Below, in pieces: positions 10,201 to 20,933 of a stretch of DNA of 32,000 nucleotides. A model generated the notes under the pieces. That model worked only from the letters and a program-made list of their open reading frames with translations. It was not told the DNA's origin and searched no databases. Location of the stretch: NCBI RefSeq assembly GCF_008065095.1, contig NZ_CP042911.1, forward strand, positions 960,001 through 992,000, given 5' to 3'. Both the position numbers and the translations under genes were made by a program. The number at the start of each line of letters is the position of its first letter. Position 1 is the first letter of the stretch. Origin of the DNA: Gemmata obscuriglobus. Its GTDB lineage: Bacteria; Planctomycetota; Planctomycetia; Gemmatales; Gemmataceae.

Positions 10201-10866
10201 GATGGGCAGGTTCTGCTGCCGCAGCGCGGCGAGCACGTCGGCGGCGGTCAGGTCGCGGGCCGCGAGCCGGTCCGGGTCCACCCACAGGCGCATGGCGTAG
10301 TCGCGCTGGCCGAAGATGGTCACGTCGCTGATGCCGGGGAGCCGCTGCAGCTCCTCCTTCAGGTTCAGCACCGCGTAGTTGCTGAGGTACAACTGGTCGT
10401 ACCGGCCGTCCGGGAAGCCGGGCTCCGGCGGGGACGTGATCCCGACCGTCATGAGCAGCTCGGGCGACCGCTTGCGGGTGGTGATGCCGGTCGCGCGGAC
10501 CACCTCGGGCAGTTGCGGGAACGCCAGGTTCACCCGGTTCTGCACCCGCACCTGGGCCATGTTCAGGTCGGTGCCGCTCTTGAACGTGACCGTCAGCGTG
10601 TACGTGCCGTCGCTGGTGCACTGCGAGGTCATGTACAGCATGTCCTCGACGCCGTTCACCTGCTGTTCGATGGGGGACGCGATCGTTTCCGAGACCACCT
10701 GCGCGCTGGCGCCGGGGTAGTTGCAGTCGATCTGGATGGTGGGCGGGGTGACCTTCGGGTACTGCGACACCGGCAGCGCCCCGACGGAGAGCGCCCCGGC
10801 GAGGGTGACGACCACCGACAGCACGGTGGCGAAGACGGGGCGGTCGATGAAGAACGTCGCGATCAT
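7207..10866 (-). CDS. RND efflux transporter permease (HAE1 family), copy A, with an extra loop insertion and a C-terminal extension
   Basis: Start reads MIATFFIDRPVFATVLSV. It shares the GIVVDDAIVVVE motif and is collinear with and clearly paralogous to copy B. Length is 1219 aa. Confidence 0.95.
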   Translation of the reverse strand: MIATFFIDRPVFATVLSVVVTLAGALSVGALPVSQYPKVTPPTIQIDCNYPGASAQVVSETIASPIEQQVNGVEDMLYMTSQCTSDGTYTLTVTFKSGTDLNMAQVRVQNRVNLAFPQLPEVVRATGITTRKRSPELLMTVGITSPPEPGFPDGRYDQLYLSNYAVLNLKEELQRLPGISDVTIFGQRDYAMRLWVDPDRLAARDLTAADVLAALRQQNLPIAAGQINQPPAGSGQPYQVTLAAHGRLVDVEEFEQVVVKVGPLGQLVKVKDVARVELGAKTQDVANRFDDKPTVGLAIFILPEANAIETAEAVKGHMAKMGKDFPPGITYDIGYDTSPFIRESIVEVFKSLRDAVVLVAVVVLVFLQTWRAAIIPLAAVPVAIIGTFGAMALAGFTINNLTLFGLVLAVGIVVDDAIVVVEAVQHQLEKGLSPREATVRAMRDVSGPIVAVGVVLAAVFLPCAFLSGIVGAFFRQFALTIAVSTMISTFNSLTLSPALCALMLKGPRPAGHRPAAFGRAAGTALLPLTLLGRAFDAAFGRANAWYVKLVGVGLRVPLLVLLGYAGIVASGVAAFRTQPTGFIPQQDKGYMICSVQLPDAASAERTREVMSKVSRIALETEIDDGEGNKRRPVAHVNAVAGNSFVVSAYGSNFGSMFVILDGFENRRSKKLSADAVAAELRKRFGTLCPEAQVQVFGAPAVSGLGRAGGFRIMIEDRGDVGPATLQGQTEEFIRAANSQEQVVGLFTVFKTNSPQLVLRVNIDACLERQVDVGDVYACLQGTMGSRYANDFNRFGRTWQVNVQADDRFRDQLEDVKRLKVRNKGGDMVPLGALLTVTERSGPLVITRYNMYPAAAVNGNVAPGHSTGDAIGMLERLAEKQLPDKMSYEWTELTFLEKQSRNTGGLVFGLSVAFVFLILAALYESWAFPLAVILVVPVCVACSLGAVWLTDPGSVVQQLAQWNAGAPDWLKLGDGPLGAAAWLDREAIGGASGAVAAAGIGKQDVNIFTQVGFVVLIGLACKNAILIVEFAKVARDQGADLRTAILEACTLRFRPIMMTSIAFMLGVVPLAIASGAGAEMRQALGIAVLGGMLGVTAFGVFLTPVFFALVDRLTRLVGATRARQRAQRLFVLVLSLAGQALLILAIEFGSEALLYGFVTGFALVMLAALLGMGLIATADTVETVAGLARRAARPVRGAARKVRDALRRVRTPRRQGERGS

Positions 10867-10931
10867 GCGGCGGCAGCGGCGCGGGAGCGGGCGAAGGCGG
10901 TAGGACCGACGTCAGCACGAGGACCGGCCGC

Positions 10932-12143
10932 TCACGTCTTCACGCGCGGGGCCGGGGCGACGGGCAGCACCCGGACCGCGTCCGGTGCGAGCTTCTCCGC
11001 CGGGGCCGGTTTCGGGTTCACCTCGATCCCGGGGCGCACCCGCAGCATCCCCTCCACGACCACCTTGTCGCTGGGCTTCACCGCGCCGTTCTCGATCACC
11101 CGCGACCGGCCGTACTGTTGGCCCACGACCACGTTGCGGCGCTCCACCTCGTTCTTCGCGCTCAGCACGTACACGAACTTCTGCCCCTGGTCCGAACCGA
11201 TCGCCTTCTCGGGCACCAGGACCGCGTCCCGCGGCGGGCCGATCGGGAGCCGCACCCGCACGAACTGCCCCGGCGACAGCATGTACCACGGCGCGCGCGA
11301 CAGGCGCGGGTTCAGGATGGTGGCCCGGATCCGCAGCGTGCCGGTCCCGGCGTCGATCTGGTTGTCGGTGAACACCACCTGCCCGGACAGCGTGAACCCG
11401 TCGTCGTCGGCCAGCGCGATCTGCACCTGGAGCGGCTGCACCCGCGACGAGGTCACCTCGCCGCGGTCGATCAGCTTGCGCACCCGGGTGACCGTGCGCT
11501 CGTCCACGTCGAACGTCGCGTACAGGTAGTCGAGCTGCACGATGGTGGTGAGCGCCGTGTCGTCGGCCCGGATCAGGTTCTCCTCGTCCACGAACCGCTT
11601 GCTCAGCCGCCCGTTGAACGGGGCGCGGATGTGGCAGTACCGCAGGTTCGTCGCGGCCAGGTTCGCGGCGGCCCGCACCGAGCTCACCTCGGCCTCGGCC
11701 TCGGCCTTCTCACCGGCCTTAATGTCGTAGTCCTCCCGCCCGGCCACCCCGCGGTCGTACAGGTCCTTGACGCGGGTGTAGTTGTCGGTCGCGGTCTGCA
11801 GGTGGGCCTCGGCCTTCACCAGTTGCGCCTTGGACTGCTCGAGCTGCGCGCGGTAGATGCGGCCGTCGATGTCGAACAGCGGCTCACCTTCCTCAATGTC
11901 CTGCCCGTCCCGGAAGTGGATCTTCTTGAGGTGCCCGGTGACGCGGGACTTCAGCTCGACCACCCGGTACGGCTCGGTGCGGCCGGCGAAGTCCTCGTAG
12001 TCGTTCACCTTCTCGACGGTCGGCGCGCTGACGTAGACCACCGGCGGCGGCGTCTTGACCGGCTCGGGCGGGCGGCGCGCGCACCCGATCAGTCCGACGG
12101 CACAGGCGAAGAGTACGGCAGCGAAGAGGTGCCTGGTGCTCAT
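10932..12143 (-). CDS. Efflux RND periplasmic adaptor (membrane fusion protein, HlyD/AcrA family), lipoprotein
   Basis: The N-terminus MSTRHLFAAVLFACAVGLIGCARR carries a signal peptide and an L-I-G-C lipobox. A coiled-coil hairpin region (RAQLEQSKAQLVKAEAHLQ...AEAEVSSVRAAANLAATNLRY) is followed by beta-barrel segments. The gene ends 65 nt upstream of RND copy A on the same strand. Confidence 0.9.
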   Translation of the reverse strand: MSTRHLFAAVLFACAVGLIGCARRPPEPVKTPPPVVYVSAPTVEKVNDYEDFAGRTEPYRVVELKSRVTGHLKKIHFRDGQDIEEGEPLFDIDGRIYRAQLEQSKAQLVKAEAHLQTATDNYTRVKDLYDRGVAGREDYDIKAGEKAEAEAEVSSVRAAANLAATNLRYCHIRAPFNGRLSKRFVDEENLIRADDTALTTIVQLDYLYATFDVDERTVTRVRKLIDRGEVTSSRVQPLQVQIALADDDGFTLSGQVVFTDNQIDAGTGTLRIRATILNPRLSRAPWYMLSPGQFVRVRLPIGPPRDAVLVPEKAIGSDQGQKFVYVLSAKNEVERRNVVVGQQYGRSRVIENGAVKPSDKVVVEGMLRVRPGIEVNPKPAPAEKLAPDAVRVLPVAPAPRVKT

Positions 12144-12673
12144 GGTGTGGCGGGAGAAGTTGGCAGCGGGGCTAACACACGCGATACCGCGTCAACGCGC
12201 AAAGGCTTACGCGGCACTCATGGTTCGCTCATGATACCGCCCCTGCGCCCTTTCTGTAAAGGACGCCGTCACGGGTAACGTATCGGAACCGGGCGCGGCG
12301 ACCTCGGGCCGGCGGCCGGGACGATGCACTCGTCGTGCCAGAACTAACCGTTTCAAGCCGGGCCGTCACGGCGAAGCAGGACGCGCGGCCGGGTGCCTGT
12401 TCCCTGGGGCCGTGAACGTCCCGTCCGCGGCTCGGCGGCAGTCTGTCGTGTAGATGAATGCCAGTTGCGAACGGTGCGTGTGCGTATGATTGGGCGAACC
12501 GTTCGCGGTTCCAGTGGGCCGCCACTCGGCCGCGCGTCACGGCCCGCGGACTTGAAACGACACGGCCCGTTTGAAGTGTAACGGCGACGGGCGCTCCCAG
12601 CTCGTGGATTTCACTGATTTCACGTTCGTGCGTGTTTTGCAATTGGCCGGGAGATCGGAACACGTCGAGGTCA

Positions 12674-12699
12674 CACCCGCCTGCTCATGCAGGCGGGTG
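12674..12699. other. 11-bp perfect stem-loop in the divergent MFP/protease intergenic region
   Basis: cacccgcctgc-tcat-gcaggcgggtg, verified base by base. No flanking U/A tract. Function unknown; it could be an operator or an RNA hairpin. Confidence 0.3.
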
Positions 12700-13036
12700 G
12701 CGCAGAACCAGCGAACCTGGAGCCACCGGACCGGCTGTCGCGCCGGGACCGGCGCAAACCCTTGTAAAGAAGCCGAAACGGTGTGAAATTTGTGCTCCGG
12801 CGCGGCCCCGGGCGCGCGGCCGGCGTTGAGTTTGCGCACTCCCGCTGTCGCCGTTTTCGGACCCGTGCCGGGTTCCCAGACATCCTCGGAACGAATTTAC
12901 GAATTTCGCATCTGCGAGCTTGGCGGGGGCGAAGTCGTCAGATAAGAATGGGTGCCAGTCGGGCTCCTCACCCCTCGAACTGACTCGCGAGCCCGACGGC
13001 ATTTCCCAACACCTCTCGTCACTCGAAAGGTTCCCT

Positions 13037-15772
<2,736 letters not shown>

Positions 15773-15795
15773 CGGGTTCGGTTTTCGGTGCCGGG

Positions 15796-15874
15796 CGTGC
15801 GCCCCGCCCGCCCGGCTTACCCATCGCCCCGCCGCAGCGGTCGTGATGGGTAAGCCGGGCGGGCGGGGCGCACG
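15796..15874. repeat. 30-bp perfect inverted repeat (19-nt loop) 24 nt after the protease stop; likely a U-tract-less terminator hairpin or palindromic element.
   Basis: Arm 15796-15825 (cgtgcgccccgcccgcccggcttacccatc) is the exact reverse complement of arm 15845-15874. Every pair was checked by hand. Confidence 0.8.
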
Positions 15875-15944
15875 TGTTCCGCCGCGCGAGCGACTCGGCT
15901 TGACGGGAGGCCGCCCGGACTGTGTGCTGATATCTGAACCCGGT

Positions 15945-16049
15945 AGTTTCAAGTTCCAGGTTCCAAGTTCCACGTGAAGCTGAAGGCACACGAATGGCCC
16001 GGGGCTTTTGCCGAGCCGGTTCCCAACTTGGAACCTGGAACTTGAAACT
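15945..16049. repeat. 25-bp perfect inverted repeat with a 55-nt spacer
   Basis: Arm 15945-15969 (agtttcaagttccaggttccaagtt) is the exact reverse complement of 16025-16049. The arms are AT-richer than their surroundings and internally repetitive (agttcc/aggttcc/aagttcc). It lies 119 nt upstream of the 16168 ATG. Confidence 0.8.
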
Positions 16050-16167
16050 TGAAACGACTGCAACCACCTGCGGGCACCGGTTCGGGAACGGGCCGCGTGC
16101 GCCACGAAACGGGCGCCCGCAATGGTCAGGCACGAGGGCGGGTCGGATCACTTACGGAGATCGTGCG

Positions 16168-16434
16168 ATGGGGATGGAGAACTACAGCCCGCACCAGCAG
16201 AAGATCATCAAGCGGTACTATGACAATATCGATCAGGTGTCGTGGCAGCGGCTCGCGGAGCTGGTCGCCGACCTGTATTTGGCGGAGGGCAAGAAGCGGG
16301 AGAAGATGTGGACCTCGGCCGCGAGCTTTATGGAGAAGCTCAAGGTGCCGCAGACCAAGATCGACGCCATCGTCCAGAAAAAGGACATCGAGGCGCTCGC
16401 CAAGCTCGTCAAGGAGCTGATGGGGAAGGAGTAA
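16168..16434 (+). CDS. Small (88 aa) Lys/Glu-rich helical protein; hypothetical.
   Basis: ATG at 16168 has GGAGA 7 nt upstream. Third-position G/C is high despite Lys-rich content. The sequence is MGMENYSPHQQKIIKRYYDNIDQVSWQRLAELVADLYLAEGKKREKMW... I recognise no family. Confidence 0.7.
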   Translation: MGMENYSPHQQKIIKRYYDNIDQVSWQRLAELVADLYLAEGKKREKMWTSAASFMEKLKVPQTKIDAIVQKKDIEALAKLVKELMGKE

Positions 16435-16481
16435 CGAGTTCGGTCATTTCCAGTTCGCACCTCGGAACGGTGCGTTGGTTC

Positions 16482-16601
16482 TGAGTGTGGTCCGCTCACG
16501 CCGTGAGCGGTCGCTCGGCGTCTCGGAAGCGCGTTACGCACAACGACGGAGCGGATCGGATCCGCGGAGCGACCGCTCACGGCGTGAGCGGACCACACTC
16601 A
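16482..16601. repeat. 35-bp perfect inverted repeat (50-nt loop) between convergent genes; each arm contains its own 9+1+9 palindrome.
   Basis: Arm 16482-16516 is the exact reverse complement of 16567-16601, checked pair by pair. The nested palindrome ccgctcacg-c-cgtgagcgg sits at 16492-16510, with its mirror at 16573-16591. Confidence 0.85.
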
Positions 16602-16684
16602 AAGCCAGAACCGCGGTACGGCGAGCGGGGCCGCACAAATGCCCGCCCGGCTTCACTCTCGTCATCGCAGCCAGCAGAGCGGCA

Positions 16685-17755
16685 TCAGGGCTTCGGACCC
16701 GCGACGTAACGGTACGTTCCCTTCGCCTGCTTGGCGATCATCTTCAGTTCGGCCTCCCCCTGCTTCCCCCCGAACGCGACCGTATGGATCACCGCGGGCG
16801 GGCGCAGGGCCTGGTTCAGCGTCCGGATCTGTTCGACCTCGCGGGGGTCGAACTCGCCGTCCGTCATGAGGTACACCACATCCGGCGGCGGCTTTAGCTT
16901 CAGGACGTGCTGAAACCCCACGACGGGCGAGGTGCCGTTGGCGGTCTGAATCCCCTGGACCCACTTGCTGACGGCGGCGACCTCGTTGCGGTCGGCGGTC
17001 CAGCGCTTGAGCGGTTGCGGGTCCGCTTCGCTGCTGAAGAACGTCACGTAAAACTGGGCGCTCCCGCGTGACCGCGCGAGGGTGCTGGTGATCTCAGCCT
17101 TCAGCACCGTGAGGGGCGTCCCCTGCATGCTGCCCGAGTTGTCGGCGAGGATGGCGAACCGGTTCCCCCGGGCCGCGGTCCCGAAGAAGCTCGCGCTCCC
17201 GCCCCCGGCGCCCGCGAACCCCGACGGGAACCGGCCGTCGTCGCGCCCGGAAAGGTCACCGAGCCCGGCCAACAGATCGCCCTTGTTCAACGGCACCGCG
17301 AACGGGTCCTCCGCGCGCCCGGCCGCCAACGAGGGCCGATCGCCGGCCCCTGGGTCCGCAACGGCGGTCGAAGTCCCGGCGGCCCGGGAGTCGGCCTGGG
17401 GTTCCCCGAGGTTCAGTTCCGTCACGTCCCCGAGGTCCAGTTCGTCCGTCGTCGGAAGTCCGGTGTTGATGACCGCCGCCGGTGGGGTGGCGACCGTCGT
17501 GCGGGTCGGGGCGAATATCCAGAACAGTGTGCCGAAAACCAGCGCGTGCGCGACAGCACTGATCACCCACGCCGGCCCGAAAGCCTTGAGGAACCGCTCG
17601 GAGCGTGTACTGGCGTGTCGAACGGTGGGGCGGATCACCGCCGCTTTCGGCGCGGCGCCAGGCCCGGGGGAATTGCCCCCTGCGCCGCCCGCGGCACTCG
17701 CAGGAGAATGTGTGACACGTTCGGAACCGTGCCCGCCGGGAATCGGCCCGCTCAT
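16685..17755 (-). CDS. Membrane-anchored vWA domain protein (disordered N-terminus, one TM helix, C-terminal vWA with MIDAS)
   Basis: ATG at 17753-17755 (MSGPIPGG...). The TM helix reads FGPAWVISAVAHALVFGTLFWIFAP. The vWA core reads RFAILADNSGSM...YVTFFSS...VVYLMTDGEFD. The ORF-track extension to 17944 is rejected. Confidence 0.8.
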   Translation of the reverse strand: MSGPIPGGHGSERVTHSPASAAGGAGGNSPGPGAAPKAAVIRPTVRHASTRSERFLKAFGPAWVISAVAHALVFGTLFWIFAPTRTTVATPPAAVINTGLPTTDELDLGDVTELNLGEPQADSRAAGTSTAVADPGAGDRPSLAAGRAEDPFAVPLNKGDLLAGLGDLSGRDDGRFPSGFAGAGGGSASFFGTAARGNRFAILADNSGSMQGTPLTVLKAEITSTLARSRGSAQFYVTFFSSEADPQPLKRWTADRNEVAAVSKWVQGIQTANGTSPVVGFQHVLKLKPPPDVVYLMTDGEFDPREVEQIRTLNQALRPPAVIHTVAFGGKQGEAELKMIAKQAKGTYRYVAGPKP

Positions 17756-18325
17756 GCGTGCTCTTCGTGTGGGTGGTGAAACCGTCTCATCAGTAATACG
17801 GCCGTTTGGCACTGCCCGTTGGCAAGATTCGTGCCGGCGGCCGCGGGTGCGCGTTTGAAGTGGTTGAGGATTCGTTGAGGCTGACTGCCTGGTCCAGACT
17901 TGATTGCCTTCCGTATCCCGTCGAGCGCCGTGCCCGAGCCCCATCAGAAATCAACAAATCCGTTGCGCGGCTGCAAAGGCGACCGAACGGGTGCGCGGCT
18001 GAGTTTTTGAAAGGAGTTTCGGTAAAGGGGATCTGATTCAGTCAGAGCGATTCGTTCCGAATGCGGGTAACTGCAAGCTGCTGCGGATGCCGTTCGCGTG
18101 TCGCTTGGCCAACCAGCGCCCACCCGTGAGCACGGCCCGACCGGGGGATGGTAGAAGGCCGGAGTCACCGCCCGATGTGTTCGGCCACAGGCATCCGCCC
18201 GCTACGAAGTAACGCGGGGGATTGCCCGGGTAGCATTCAACAAGTTCACGTGCCAAGCCGGAGACATGCGCCGACAGGCCACAACCACGTCAACACGCTG
18301 GGTGTGGGAACGTTCGGAGGCGGGG

Positions 18326-19558
18326 TCACTGCCACCCGCGGCGTTTGAACACCCACCCGGCGGCGCACAGCCACAGCACCGCGAGCAGCAGCGCGGCGAG
18401 CAGGTGCCGCCAGTGCGTCGTCTCGACGGTGCCGCTCAGCGCCGCGTGCAGGATGCGCGGGCCGTGGAACTCGACCGCGGCGTAGGACAGGAACGGGATG
18501 CCGTTGATCGAGCAGATCATCAGCAGCATCGACACCGACAGCAGGTAGCACATCCCGCCCAGGAACGCGGCCCGCTGCGTCTTGGCCCACGCCGCGATCG
18601 TCATGCCGATCCCCAGGAACCCGCCGCCCACCGCCACCAGGGCCAGCCAGAAGAACAGGCTGGAGAGCACGTCGGGCTTGTAGATGGCCGCCAGCGTGGC
18701 CGCCAGCCCCAGCCCGAACGCCGGGTAGAACACGAACTTCGCCGTCAGCAGCTCCAGCGGCGACGCCGGCGAGAGCGCCTGCGCCAGCAGCACCCCGCGC
18801 TCGCGCTCCTCGCAGTTGAGGGTGGGGAGCAGGTACACGCACGCGAAGTACAGCGCGAACACCACCATGCCGGTGGCGATCGCGGCCCGGAAGTCGAGCA
18901 CCTTCCCGCCCAGCCCGCGCCGCTCGATGCTCAGGTCCGGCACCAGCGGCTGCTGGACCTCGACGTTTCCGGCCTTCCGCGCGGCCTCCACCTGCTCCTG
19001 AAGGCGCTTGTGCGCTTCGAGCACGAGCCACTGGTTGTTGGAATCGAAGGCCGGCTCGTCGGGCAGCTTCGCCCCGGGCAGCTTGAGCGCGGCCTCGCGC
19101 GCGAAGAACCGCCGCGACTCCTTCCACACCCACTGCTCGTAGGGGGCCAGCGCCAGCGGTTCGCCGTCCGGGTGCCAGATGGAGAGCTTGACCGCGGTGC
19201 GGCGGCCCGGGCCGTCGGGCTGCCGGATCTGGATCGCCCCGGTGCCGGTGTCGTACCGCACGGCCTCGTCGATCTGGTCGGGCTTGCGCAGCTCGCGGAA
19301 CCGCACCGCCCCCTTCAACTCCTCCGGCACGTTCGCCCGGAGGTGCTTCACGAACGGGGTGTGCTCGTCGAACTCGACGAAGCAGTGGTGCACCCCGTCG
19401 ACCATGCCGGTCCCCTCGGCGGTCTGGCCGCTGGGGGCGAACACGCTCAGCAGCACCGCCGCCGCGACCAGCAGCACGGCCAGCGCGATGCCGCCGCGGT
19501 TCGCGAGGTGCCGGGCGACCTCCTTGCGGATCAGCGCCTTCAGGATGTACCAGCGCAT
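18326..19558 (-). CDS. ABC-2 type transporter permease with a large extracytoplasmic loop after TM1
   Basis: Start MRWYILKALIRKEVARHLANRGGIALAVLLVAAAVLL uses ATG at 19556-19558. A soluble loop of about 200 aa is followed by 5 hydrophobic segments typical of ABC-2 permeases. Confidence 0.8.
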   Translation of the reverse strand: MRWYILKALIRKEVARHLANRGGIALAVLLVAAAVLLSVFAPSGQTAEGTGMVDGVHHCFVEFDEHTPFVKHLRANVPEELKGAVRFRELRKPDQIDEAVRYDTGTGAIQIRQPDGPGRRTAVKLSIWHPDGEPLALAPYEQWVWKESRRFFAREAALKLPGAKLPDEPAFDSNNQWLVLEAHKRLQEQVEAARKAGNVEVQQPLVPDLSIERRGLGGKVLDFRAAIATGMVVFALYFACVYLLPTLNCEERERGVLLAQALSPASPLELLTAKFVFYPAFGLGLAATLAAIYKPDVLSSLFFWLALVAVGGGFLGIGMTIAAWAKTQRAAFLGGMCYLLSVSMLLMICSINGIPFLSYAAVEFHGPRILHAALSGTVETTHWRHLLAALLLAVLWLCAAGWVFKRRGWQ

Positions 19559-19649
19559 TTCAGGGCTCCCGCGGGTCGTTCGGCCGGCGCCCGGCACGCG
19601 GGCTGCTCTCGACAGTTCGTGTCGCCCCGCACCCGAACCGGAGACGGTC

Positions 19650-19856
19650 ATGGCAAAGGGTCGTGCCTGGAAGATGGAGCGCGCGAGCGTGTCGGTGCCC
19701 GGCAAGTCGCGCCCCAGATCCAACAAGTACTCGGGCGGCGACGCGGACCAGCGGCCCGCGCCGGGCGCCCGCCAGCAGGTGTGGGTCGGCGGCTACACGC
19801 GCGCCGACGGCACCAAGGTCGAAGGTCACTATCGCGCCACCGCCGGGCACGCCTGA
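19650..19856 (+). CDS. Small (68 aa) basic protein; hypothetical. It is oriented opposite to the flanking ABC genes.
   Basis: ATG at 19650 has GGAGA at 19640-19644 (5-nt spacer). About 90% of third positions are G/C by hand count, like bona fide genes here. The C-terminal motif is QVWVGGYTRADGTKVEGHYR. A hairpin terminator follows. Confidence 0.55.
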   Translation: MAKGRAWKMERASVSVPGKSRPRSNKYSGGDADQRPAPGARQQVWVGGYTRADGTKVEGHYRATAGHA

Positions 19857-19874
19857 CGTGTCCGGATCGAGCGA

Positions 19875-19919
19875 CACGTGTCTCCCGAACGCCTTTGGTA
19901 GGCGCTCGGGAGACACGTG
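19875..19919. terminator. Bidirectional terminator-like hairpin between the small + ORF and the ABC ATPase (convergent)
   Basis: cacgtgtctcccgaacgcc / ggcgctcgggagacacgtg form a 19-bp stem with one mismatch and the 7-nt loop tttggta. The stem ends 2 nt from the ATPase stop codon (19922-19924). Confidence 0.55.
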
Positions 19920-19921
19920 CT

Positions 19922-20761
19922 TCAATCGAACGCCAGCCCGGTGAGCTTCAGGAACGTCGCGTGGAAGTCGAACTCGCGGGTGCGGACGCTCAGCGCCCGC
20001 CCGGAGGTGACCAGCGCCGCGAGGTCGGTGCGCCCCTGCGGCGTGTCCAGGTCGTACACGAACCGCTCGCCGTCGTCCCGGATCGCGTCCACCTTCCGCT
20101 CGGTGTGCTGCTGCTTCAGCGCCAGCGGCGAGTCGAGCGCCACCAGCTTCCCGCGGGCCATGATTCCCACGCGGTCGCAGATCTTCTCCACCTCGTCCAT
20201 GTCGTGCGTGGTCAGAATAATGGTCGCACCCGCTTTCACCCGCTCGCGCAGGATGCGGTGGACCACCTCGGCCGAGTGGATGTCGAGGTTCGCCGTCGGC
20301 TCGTCGAGGTATAGCACCTGCGGCTCGTGCAGCAGCGCGCGGGCGAGGAGCAGCTTCTTGCGCATCCCGAGCGAGTACCCGCGAACGGGCAGGTCCGCGG
20401 CCTCGTCCAGCTCGACCATCTTCAGCACCTCTTGCGCGCGCAGCTTGGGCACGCCGTAGAGCTGGCCGAAGAACTCGAGGTTGCGGCGCCCGGTGAACTC
20501 CTCGAAGTGGTTCTCGCGGTCCGGTACGTACCCGAACGTGGGCTTGATGTCGGCCCACTCGCGGACCACGTCGCGCCCGCCGATGGTCACGCTCCCGCCG
20601 GTCGGCCGGCGCTGCCCGATGAGGACGCGGATGGTCGTCGATTTGCCGGCCCCGTTCGGCCCGAGCAGGCCGAACAGCTCCCCGCGGCGGATGTCGAGGT
20701 CCAGCCCGTCGACCGCGGTGAACGAGCCGTACTGCACGCGCAGCCCGGCGATGCGGATCAT
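19922..20761 (-). CDS. ABC transporter ATP-binding protein (ABC-2/DrrA-like subfamily)
   Basis: Start MIRIAGLRVQYGS uses ATG at 20759-20761. Walker A is GPNGAGKST, the signature-like motif is YSLGMRKK, Walker B is LYLDEPTANLD, and the H-loop is TTHDM. Confidence 0.92.
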   Translation of the reverse strand: MIRIAGLRVQYGSFTAVDGLDLDIRRGELFGLLGPNGAGKSTTIRVLIGQRRPTGGSVTIGGRDVVREWADIKPTFGYVPDRENHFEEFTGRRNLEFFGQLYGVPKLRAQEVLKMVELDEAADLPVRGYSLGMRKKLLLARALLHEPQVLYLDEPTANLDIHSAEVVHRILRERVKAGATIILTTHDMDEVEKICDRVGIMARGKLVALDSPLALKQQHTERKVDAIRDDGERFVYDLDTPQGRTDLAALVTSGRALSVRTREFDFHATFLKLTGLAFD

Positions 20762-20933
20762 GACGTCCGGTTGCAAGCGGCTCCCCCCGACCGAAGTCGC
20801 GCTGAAAGTTCGTCCGACGGGAGGATAGAACAGGATTCGCCCCGCGTGCGAAAAGTTCGGGCGCGGGGCGGCGAACAACGTGTCATGCCCGGGCGGCGGC
20901 CCGGGCGGCGGCCCGGGGTCCGAAGGAGTGCCC

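Noticed and set aside
17807-17824. A sigma-54-like element, TGGCAC-N6-TTGGCA.
   Set aside because: The GG/GC spacing is 2 nt longer than the -24/-12 consensus. It also lies on the plus strand, with no downstream plus-strand gene.
20888-20916. A tandem duplication, cccgggcggcgg x2, upstream of the TPR-like gene.
   Set aside because: It is a short GC-rich simple repeat inside a promoter/5' UTR region, with no evidence of function.
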